Shown here piece by piece: positions 34,320 to 42,829 of a DNA stretch of 64,000 nt. Position 1 is the stretch's first letter; the number at the start of each line of letters is the position of its first letter. The stretch spans positions 35,712,001-35,776,000 of the forward strand of contig CP068257.2 of assembly GCA_009914755.4 (NCBI GenBank). Reading direction: 5' to 3'. The translations under genes were made by a program, and so were the position numbers. The notes below the pieces were generated by a model, which saw only the letters and a list, made by a program, of their open reading frames with translations, was not told where the DNA came from and did no database searches. This DNA is from the human T2T-CHM13v2.0 reference genome, Homo sapiens.

Positions 34320-34560
34320 TGGTGTGGTAGAAAGAACATGGGCTTTGCAATTATACCTGTGTTTGAATCCTGGCTTCACCACTTACTGGTGAGTGGTGAC
34401 TGCCTTGAGAAAGTCATGTAATCACTCAGGACTTGTTTTCTCATCCACATAATGGGGATGTAATGTTGCTGTGAGGATTAGAGATACTCTAGAACATGCT
34501 GGGTAAGTGGAGGCTGTTACTACCTATGAGCTGAGGGCCTTTGCTTTTCAAGGTGAACAG
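34320..34560 (+). mobile_element. MIR SINE (mammalian-wide interspersed repeat)
   Basis: GTGGTAGAAAGAACATGGGCTTTGCAATTATACCTGTGTTTGAATCCTGGCTTCACCACTTACTGGTGAGTGGTGACTGCCTTGAGAAAGTCATGTAATCACTCAGGACTTGTTTTCTCATCCACATAATGGGGATGTAATGTTGCTGTGAGGATTAGAGATA. Confidence 0.7.
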
Positions 34561-35373
34561 TCTATGAATAAACACATCTGTAAGTGAATCTAATGGGAAG
34601 ATTCTTAGATGACAAGGATTTCATCTGTGAACCAGGTCAGCTGGCATCTATACCAGAGTCCTTCCGGCCTACATGTGGTCACTTGTTTGGAGCCAGCTGT
34701 AATTCACAGGTTACGTTTTTAGGTGAAGCCTGTATAAAACCATTTTACAGCATTCCAACCTGGATATGACATTCATTGACCAATGTTGTCTAAGGCTGTC
34801 ACACTGGGGAGAAAAGGGGTGCAGCCTTCTAGATACGAAGACCAGCAATGCCTTCTATACCCGCATGTTTATAATCTCAAGATTCTGCCCCACTCCGATA
34901 TCTTCTAGGTTGATTTGAACTGAAGACAAGGACACATATCTTGAGACATTATCATATTCTGTTCAGGTTACCTGGAAGATTAACTATACAAGTTTCTTCC
35001 ATTACCAGGAATAAAAATTTGAGTCAAATTTAATTTAGTATTAAAGGTTGCAAATGCTGATGTGCTCTGATAGAAGCGAAAGCTTGGTGAATGGGGTGGG
35101 ATGGGGTGGGGGCAGGAAGGAGACCCACAAGCAGAGAGGAAGAAGTTGGTTGTATAGGTGGAAGCTTGAGCTTGGGAGGAACCAGGTAGGGACCTCTCCT
35201 CTGAATAAGGGGCGCTCTGGGCCACTTCCTCTTTCTTCAAAACAATTAAGTTGACCGTGGACCTTAATCACACTAGCAGGGCAATTTTGAAACAATAATC
35301 CGAAAGAACTTTTGCCAGCTACGGCAACTTTTTTATATCATGGAGATCAGCCTGAAAGCAAGCTATTTGCCCG

Positions 35374-35530
35374 ACCACTTTTTGACCAATTTATTTTCGG
35401 TTTAGTCAGGTTTCTTCCAAGTCTGTGCTAATCTGAATGGTTACCTTAGTAATTACTTTTTGACTAATTTATTTTCGGTTTAGTCGGATTTCTTTCAAAG
35501 TCTGTGCTAATCTGAATGGTTACCTTAGTA
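35374..35530. repeat. Tandem duplication, 2 copies of a 78-bp unit, about 92% identical
   Basis: A[CT][CT]ACTTTTTGAC[CT]AATTTATTTTCGGTTTAGTC[AG]G[GA]TTTCTT[CT]C(A)AAGTCTGTGCTAATCTGAATGGTTACCTTAGTA repeated back to back. Confidence 0.9.
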
Positions 35531-36904
35531 TATCAATGTCCTAGTAACTGTAGCAAGGACATTTTTGCTGGAAATCATTTAAAGCAGGTGTATTTGAGTC
35601 ATGTAGCATAGACAGCGGCATTTACTGCGAGTTTTTTACATCTAATATTGTTTATAAGATTTTATCTGTTGTCACATTTGTGAAATTTATGAAAAAAATT
35701 GGTTACGAACACTATCACAAGGTGGCAAAATCAAGCTTAGAAATCAATTAGTGACTCTGCTGTAAAATAGTATATATATACACACACACTCTTTTTAGGT
35801 ATACATTTATTAAATGCCATTAGAGTTGGTACAAAATACAATTTTTAGCTGGTGGCTCTCTACCGATTACAACGCAGCCAGCACAGCATACTTGGGTTTT
35901 CAAGCCTCGGGAGCTCACCCAGCAATACATAGCTAGGGAGAAGGGGTAGGGAGAATAAAAATCAGCGAAAGCCAGGATATTAATAAAGAGTTTTGATGGT
36001 TAAGGACAAGCAGGCGAATTAAGACTCTGGAAACCGAGAAGGTGTATAGAAAAGAAAACCAGAGAGCTGGACGACAAGGACACAGTAACAGCACAAGGGG
36101 ATTCATCTAAAGGGCATTCCGATGGAGCAGGCAGGCTGCGCCCCGAAAGGTGGGGAGAGGTTGGAAGCAGATGGGCAGGCACAGGCGAGCGTGCACTGCC
36201 TGAAAAAGTTTTCATGATGGCTCCAGCCTAATTTCCCAACGCTGGTCTCGGGCGCCACAAAACCTGGGCGGCCCGACCGGAGCCAGGTGCCAGCCTCAGG
36301 GCCGCCGGGCCCGGCGCAGCGTCCGGAATTCCTGCGATGTCTGGGGCGCGGCGGTGGCTCCTCCCCGCCCCCACCACGGCCTCCGCCGGCATTTTCCGGC
36401 TAGGAGGCCCGCCAGCCCTTCGAAGAACCGGCTCCACGCGCGGACGGTCGCGGCCGCCGCGCTTCCCGGGGAGAGAGGCGAGCGCGGCGCCCGGACCGCG
36501 GTGAGAGCCCTCCAGGCCCGGGCGCGCGGGGTGGGCTTCCCGGGTCCCCGCCCGAAGGCCGCGGCGCCCCTCCTCCTCCCCCTCCCCCGCCCGGGGCAGC
36601 CCGCCCCTCCCCCCGGCGCGGGCGGGGCTGCGGGCGCCGACGCGGAAGCGCGGGGCGCTAGGGCTGCGGGGGCGGCGGCGCGGGAGGCCGCGCGCGCTCC
36701 CCGGGCCGCAGTCGGCGCGGGCGCGGGGCGGGGCGGGGCGGCCGGGAGGCGGCGGGCGATCGCGCACAGGCCTGGCCGCCGCCTCGCCCCCCCTTCCCCA
36801 GCCCCTACCCTCCCTCGGCCTAGCCGTCCCCCTCCTCTCCCCTCCCCCGGGCGAATCACGCGCCCTCCTCTGACACTCGTAGCGGACCCGAGCTCCGAAT
36901 TTAT

Positions 36905-37180
36905 CCTTCACGTGACCTGAGGGGGTTGGGTGGTTGGCTGGGGACAGAGGGGGAGACGGAAAGGAGGGAACGGAATCTGCCGTTACCTGAGCAACAGGCC
37001 CCGCCCGCCGGCTCGGGGCTGGGGGGCGGGAGGAGGACGTCAGCACGTCAGCCGGGGTTTTGCGTTTTGATTGACAGTTGCTATAGCGACCGGGTCGGTC
37101 CGTCGCCATTTTGTTGGTTGGTTTTTTTTTAAACCCTTTCGCTTCCCGCCCGAATAATAATAAAAAGCCCCATTGGAGTG
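36905..37180. promoter_or_regulatory. Core promoter motif cluster: E-box, GC boxes, tandem CRE-like half sites, PBX-MEIS composite site, YY1 motif, inverted CCAAT
   Basis: CACGTG at 36909-36914; CCCCGCCCGCC near 36999-37009; GGGGCGGG at 37023-37030; GACGTCA at 37037-37043 and CACGTCA at 37044-37050; TGATTGACAG at 37067-37076; GCCATTTTG at 37105-37113 (minus strand AAAATGGCGACGG); ATTGG, an inverted CCAAT, near 37170-37175. Confidence 0.6.
36987..37109 (-). other. Alternative model: divergent minus-strand first coding exon, 41 codons, running from the ATG at 37109 to the donor CAG|GTAACG
   Basis: Minus strand reads CAACAAAATGGCGACGG, a strong Kozak context that is also a YY1-type AAnATGGCG motif; the ORF is MATDRPGRYSNCQSKRKTPADVLTSSSRPPAPSRRAGPVAQ; it ends in phase 0 exactly at CTCAG|GTAACGG (intron GT at + coordinates 36986-36985). 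Confidence 0.2.
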
Positions 37181-37221
37181 AGGCGGGGGTGGCGGCGGCA
37201 ACCGCGGCGGGGGTATCCGGG

Positions 37222-37366
37222 GAGACTGCTGCTGTCGCTGCTGCTGATCGCGGCCCAGGTCGGCCTCAGAGAGCGGACACCCCGAGCGGGGGGTGCGGGC
37301 GCCGCCGCCGCCGCTTCTGCTGCTGCTGTTCCTGCTGCTGCTGTTGGTGCCGCTGCCGCCGCCGGC
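37222..37366 (+). repeat. Imperfect mixed triplet-repeat tracts (CTG/GCT and GCC/CCG) inside the GC-rich leader
   Basis: CTGCTGCTGTCGCTGCTGCTGATCGC at about 37222-37250; GCCGCCGCCGCCGCTTCTGCTGCTGCTGTTCCTGCTGCTGCTGTTGGTGCCGCTGCCGCCGCCGGCG at 37301-37366. Confidence 0.9.
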
Positions 37367-37380
37367 GAGCAGGCGGGACC

Positions 37381-37475
37381 GGTGTGAGTGCGAGTGTGTG
37401 TGCGAGGGAGCGTGTGCGAGGGCGATTGTGCGCGCGAGTGTGCGGGTGTGTGCGAGTGTCTGTCTGTCTGTGCGG
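37381..37475. repeat. Alternating purine-pyrimidine (GT/GC) tract with Z-DNA potential
   Basis: GGTGTGAGTGCGAGTGTGTGTGCGAGGGAGCGTGTGCGAGGGCGATTGTGCGCGCGAGTGTGCGGGTGTGTGCGAGTGTCTGTCTGTCTGTGCGG. Confidence 0.85.
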
Positions 37476-38255
37476 GGACTCGGGGGCGGGCGGTTCGGGC
37501 TCTCCTGGCGGAGGAGCCGCCGCCGCCGCCCGGGCCCCGGCGCTTCTCGCTGCGCAGGTTCGGAGCGCGCGCCATTTTGTGAGATTTACAAAATCCTCCT
37601 CGGGAAGAAGCCGCCGGCAGCAGCCGCCGCTCGGCGCCCGGCCTCGCCGACGCCGCCCTCTGCGCCGGGCCGGGCCGTGCGGCCCCGCCGCCTGGAATCG
37701 GGGCCCGGGGACTGCGGTATTTGCCGGGGAGGGGGCTGTCGCCTCCCCGGCCCCGGGCGCCGCTGGAACCGCGAGCCGAGGAGAGACTGAGCAGGCTGCG
37801 GCGCGGCCAGGAGCCGGAGCGCCGGGGGCGGAGAGAGGCTGCCGGGGCGGCGCTGGCTGCGGAGGCCGCGGCGGGAGCGCGGCGCGGGAGCCCGAGGCTG
37901 AGACTCACCGGAGGAAGCGGCGCGAGCGCCCCGCCATCGTCCCGGTGAGTGTCCGGCCCGGCCGCGGCCCCGCCCGGCCTGGCGCTCGGCTCCCCCGGCG
38001 GCCCGCAGCCGGGCCGGAGCCGAGGCCGGCCGGGCGGAGGGAGGGACCTGCCATTTTAGGAGGAGGCGCCGCGGGCCCAGGGCCGGCCGCCGGGGGAGGG
38101 AGCCTCAGGCCGGGTCCCGGAGGAGCGGCGGGCGCGAGCGGAGGGAAAGTTGCGGAGGGTGGGAGCGGGGGCCGCGGCCTCCCGGGAGCCGGGGCCTGGG
38201 GGTCCGTAGACAGCGCCAGACCTTCACTGGCCGCCCGAGCGAAGGGGTGGAGGTT

Positions 38256-38337
38256 GTCTTCCTCCTCCTCCTCCTCCTCTTCCTCCTCATCCTCTTCCCC
38301 CAGCTCCTCCCTCGTCCCTCCTCTCGGTCCCCACCAG
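38256..38337 (+). repeat. Polypyrimidine mirror repeat (TCC)n with a roughly 80-nt pyrimidine run ending in ...CCACCAG
   Basis: TCTTCCTCCTCCTCCTCCTCCTCTTCCTCCTCATCCTCTTCCCCCAGCTCCTCCCTCGTCCCTCCTCTCGGTCCCCACCAG. Confidence 0.9.
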
Positions 38338-38418
38338 TGTGGGAACCGCCGGGGTGATTCGCAAGGACAATGCACGGGTTAAGAAAATGGGGCCGGCTGC
38401 CGGGTGGGCGAGGACGGC

Positions 38419-38448
38419 GGGGCCGGGCCGGGCCGGGCCGGGCCGGGC
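38419..38448. repeat. (GGGCC)5 pentanucleotide repeat
   Basis: GGCGGGGCCGGGCCGGGCCGGGCCGGGCCGGGCGCC. Confidence 0.95.
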
Positions 38449-38989
38449 GCCGGCGAAGGTCGGGAGCCGCTGCCTCGGCGGCCCTGGGGGTCCGCGCTGG
38501 AGCGAGGGGCACTCACTGGCCTCCGAAGTTGGGCGGGGAGCGCGAGTGTCCCCGGCGGCTCGGGGTGGAGGGATGACCTGCCCGGCAGCCGGGGGAGTTG
38601 GTGGCTGAGGAGAGGTGAATTAGAATAGATACCTGTGTATCGCCACAAAACTTCACCAGTCTATTTATAGGCACAAACCCACTCTCGCTTCGGAGCCACC
38701 AAAGCTGCTGAGTAGCTCAGTACTTGGCGAAAGGCTCCTCCCTAATCTGAAATAGTTAAAAATGGTAAAATTAGTGAGTCAGTGACTCTGGTTACTTGCC
38801 TGTGCCTTTCGCCCAACCCTAGGTGACACGAATCCCATAATCTGGGCGCAGCGCAGGAATGCTAGCACCATTTGGTTCTTGAATTCCGCCCAAATTGTCA
38901 GAAAATACGCCTTAGAACGTTGTTTTCACAAGTGCCAGGCTCTGTTTTTAGGGTTTTCAGTGGATCGACCAGCTTGCCCAGCCGGTAGG

Positions 38990-39110
38990 AACTGTTCCCA
39001 TTTTATAGATGAGGAGAGTGAGTCTGGAGAGGGGCACTGACTGGTCTAAGGTCATACAGCTGGGACTCCAGGAGCCAGAAGGCTGTAGCCAGTCTGGAGT
39101 TGTGAATCAT
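38990..39110 (-). mobile_element. MIR SINE core, antisense
   Basis: CCCATTTTATAGATGAGGAGAGTGAGTCTGGAGAGGGGCACTGACTGGTCTAAGGTCATACAGCTGGGACTCCAGGAGCCAGAAGGCTGTAGCC, similar to the rc of the MIR core CCCATTTTACAGATGAGGAAACTGAGGC...TTGCCCAAGGTCACACAGCTAG. Confidence 0.6.
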
Positions 39111-42100
39111 TAGGGTGTAACTCATTATTAGAAATACTGGCAAATTTTGGAGTGATTCGTGTTTAATGACTCAGGGTTCTAACCTAGAGATGTGTCCCCG
39201 TAAGGTTTTTAGCGTGGAATTACCTTTGTGGCTTGCCGAGGCCAAAAGGTAAGGTAATGGTGATGAGGCCTGTTAATAAACTTTTCAGGCCTTTCCCCCC
39301 CCAAGAAAACTATGTAGTCAATTTTTGAATGAAAGGAATTAAAGATATTCCTTGATGTGTTTTGTACTTCAAACAATTTTGATTATAGTCATTTTTTGAG
39401 TATTGATGAGTCATAAGAAAGTTTTGTGTAAAGTTATTTTTAGTTATTCTTTGAATGCTTAAGGGTTCCTCTGTGACCCTTTTATAGTTTATGTGTCCAA
39501 AGTATTAATGAATATATTTAGCATTTTGATTTTGAGGTGTTTTAATAACTCAGGGGAATTACCTTTAGCTTTTGTGTTGTTTAATTTCTCATGTCTTGAT
39601 CAGTTACTTTAGGATAATATTGTTTTCAAGTAGACTTTTAAAAATGTGAGACCAGAACTAAAGTTTCATGTGTTAAGGTTTTAAGCTGCAGAAGATCATT
39701 TCAAAGAAACTGGTTATGAAAAAAGCTTACTTGATTATAGTCAAGATTTTTTACGCATACTTCAGGTATCCCAGTACTTTGGAGGATTTTCCCTGGTATA
39801 GCAGTGGTGTTTATGGTAGCTGTCCAAATTTATTTATACTTCAAACCATGCCAGAAAGTTAAGGATTTCTGTCAATGTCTACACCTAGTTCTCTTGTTAA
39901 GACTAGTAAAAAGTTCTCTTGTAAAAAGTTCATTTTTACCTCGAGAGGCATAAGCTCAGAGATTATTGCAGGAGGAAGGGTCACCCCTTGTGTTTGCCCC
40001 ATGAAGGCACACTCCTTTTTACCTGGTGGGTGTTGAAAAAATATTTGAAGGAATAGACCTGAATGAATGGTAATTATTGGTAGGGGTGGGAAATGGACTA
40101 AATGACCTAGTGAGATCTTTGTTTTGAGATCTAAGTATAAGATCATCTCTTAAACCTTTTAACAATATTTTGGTGGAACCTATTAGAAACTTAACACATT
40201 ATTGTGTGCAAGATATCTAAAAATAAGTCCAGTTTTTTAGAGGCAGTAACATTTAAGATAATTTAAAACATTCCATATTAGTGTAATGTCTTGTTAGGGA
40301 ATGTGGACAGTAAAAACGACCATTTGTTAAATTTTTTTTCCCCTCCAAAATATTGTCTGATGTTTGCTCCTTCGTGTTACTTATGGAGAGTTACTGTTTA
40401 TGACTTAAAGATATGGGGGTGGAGAGGCCTAGGTAACTGCAACAATGTATTTAGGTAATTTACATTAGGTTTTTAGAGGGCTATGACTGTCTGCAAAAGG
40501 AAAATTCAAGATACCTTGTTATAAACATGGTATACAGTGACCTTTGGCATGCATTTTGTTTTGTAACTACACGAAGTGTTAATTTGGATTGAATCTTTGT
40601 TTTCACTTGAAAACCTTTTTTTTTTTTTTAAGAAATAGCTTGGAAATTTAGGCTGCCCTGAGGTGTTTTCGTGTGTCTGTTTATGGTTGACAAGTATCTA
40701 GTTATGAGAAGAAAATGTGGATAGAATTAACTGTATTATAGGCGAGAAGGGAATTGCCTTATAATCTTGTGCCACTGAACACAAGATTAGTAGAAGAGTG
40801 GGCTTCACTTGTGACTTTCTTGGTATTTGTGATTAGGCGTGTGCCAGTTTGTCTTTGCTTTGGCATTAGCTTTCCTCATATTTGAGAAGGCTTTCACGTT
40901 TCCTGTACACACACAGGAAGCAGTTTCACCCCTCCCCAAGAAAAAACTTATCTAAACCCAGCAAAACCCAAAAACTTCCAGAAAGTCTTTATCAAGAATT
41001 TAGTTCCTCATCCCCAAAGTTGTGTTAGTCTTATTTTGTAGTAATCATAAGCAGTTATTTAAACTGAACCAAGAATCTTTACTTTCTGTTGAGTGTTTTG
41101 GTGATTTTACCTCCATATATGTTCGTCTATTTTCGATTTAGAAGTAAAGATATTACGTGAAACTATTAGTAATGTTTCCTGAAACTTGATACTAACAGTT
41201 TGCTCTGTGAAAGTGAATTGTGTGACCAGTGTAATAGCACCTTATGTATATATGGTGGTTTTGCCTTTTAAAAGACTTTTTACCAGATGTTATCTTGACT
41301 GTTGGGCAATTTTCTGATGGCTAGAGAGGTGGTAATTTATGACCCAAAGCTTGCTCAACTTTGGATTAAAAAGTTTGGAGAGTTAAAATTTGTGTTTAAT
41401 TACTTGGAAAAATCAGCAAATTATATTAAATTACCTAAAATTTCTCCTCAGTTGCTCCCAAATGAAGAAAGCTTTTTGAAATCTTGCCTTATGTCAGTGC
41501 TACAATTTTAAGCTAGAGTTGTAAAGTTTACCATAGAGTGTTTGAAAGTGAAATGTAGACTTCATGTGACTAAAATAATCATTGAAGGTTCGTTCATATT
41601 GGGTAATTGAAGAAAGATCTTATTTGTTAATACTGGCTACCAGCAGCCTTAGTTTGATTATTATTTTTTTATATGGAAACAAAATGATTTGGAAATATTG
41701 CACTGCGTAAGCCAGCTAGGTATTTAAAAAGTTAAGCTTTTGCTTTGAAATCCTACTTCCAGAGTACTAAAACGAGTGAGAATTGTTTATTGGTGATAAT
41801 ACCCTACGTTGAACACGTGAAATGGTGTGGTTTCTTTTGGGCATATATGTTTTGCTAATGTAGAACCATTTTGGTGTCTTGGCAATTGGTTCTTATACCA
41901 GAGCTATGTATCTTCTCTTCTAGAAAGCGATATTTAAAAGTTTGTATTACTGTTAAAACTAGGTTTTGACAAGTTACATAATTTTTTTTTGGTTTGGGGC
42001 AGATGCTCATATCTGATACATAGTGAGTAATAGCTTAAAATGTGTCTTTGTTCTTGTCAGTGAATATTCTTGTTTTATCTCCCCATGTTAGAAAAGTTTG

Positions 42101-42441
42101 TTTTAATTGATTTTTGGGGGGGGCCCAGTGAACTGGCTTAACATAGAATGAAACTGGCTTTCAGCATCAACTCTATTTTAAATAACATCCCTGTTCATTA
42201 AATAACCCCCTAATTTTTCTTGAGTGTATAACATTTCCAATGACAAGATTTGATTTTTTAATTTTTAAAAAAGCTTTCACAAAAAGCTTTTCCGTATTAT
42301 CATTATCTATATTATTTGATAATATAGAGCCATTTCGACATCTTGGCAGTTGGTTCTTCTACCAGAGCTATGCATTTTCTCTTCTGGGTTTTTCACAAAA
42401 GCTTTTGCATGTCCGTAAAATGTTATGGACATGTATGGTTA

Positions 42442-42790
<349 letters not shown>

Positions 42791-42829
42791 GTTTGAACTG
42801 TGACATCTGTCTGTCTGCTTGCTATCCAG

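Larger units (their letters stand above)
37100..37944 (+). other. Putative non-coding first exon (5'UTR or lncRNA exon 1) of a + strand transcript; the TSS is approximate, the 3' end is set by the donor CCG|GTGAGT
   Basis: Promoter motifs lie immediately upstream. There is no ATG on the + strand from 37081 to 37944 (about 865 nt). A consensus 5' splice site GGTGAGTG sits at 37945, and ATGs reappear downstream. No gene identified. Confidence 0.4.
36200..38620. promoter_or_regulatory. CpG island, about 2.4 kb, GC estimated above 75%, extremely CpG-dense
   Basis: Abrupt shift from AT-rich repeat-dense DNA to runs of CGGCGCGG, GGGGCGGGGCGGGGCGG and GCCGCCGCCGCC; CpG is not depleted; returns to AT-rich sequence at about 38.62 kb. 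Confidence 0.92.

Noticed and set aside
36228-37109. 293-aa minus-strand ORF starting at a Kozak ATG (MATDRPGRYSNCQSKRKTPADVL...) and running through the CpG island
   Set aside because: Beyond the first 41 codons, which I report separately as a possible short exon ending at a donor, the peptide is extreme R/G/P/A low-complexity sequence typical of stop-codon-poor GC-rich DNA. Its length follows from base composition, not from selection.
37111-38382. 423-aa + strand ORF plus overlapping 259-aa and 156-aa minus-strand ORFs in the CpG island
   Set aside because: The 423-aa ORF starts at TTG, not ATG, and there is no ATG at all in 37081-37944 on the + strand. The translations are poly-Ala/Gly/Arg/Pro/Cys/Ser/Glu runs derived from the GCC/CTG, GT/GC and TCC repeats. 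They overlap in multiple frames, which is the expected behaviour of GC-rich non-coding DNA.
38339-38608. 74-89 codon ORF downstream of the (TCC)n tract with an ATG in AAAATGG context, as a possible small exon after an acceptor-like CCACCAG
   Set aside because: The product (MGPAAGWARTAGPGRAGPGRAPAKV...) is dictated by the (GGGCC)n repeat and has no in-window splice partner. I keep it only as part of the (TCC)n finding.
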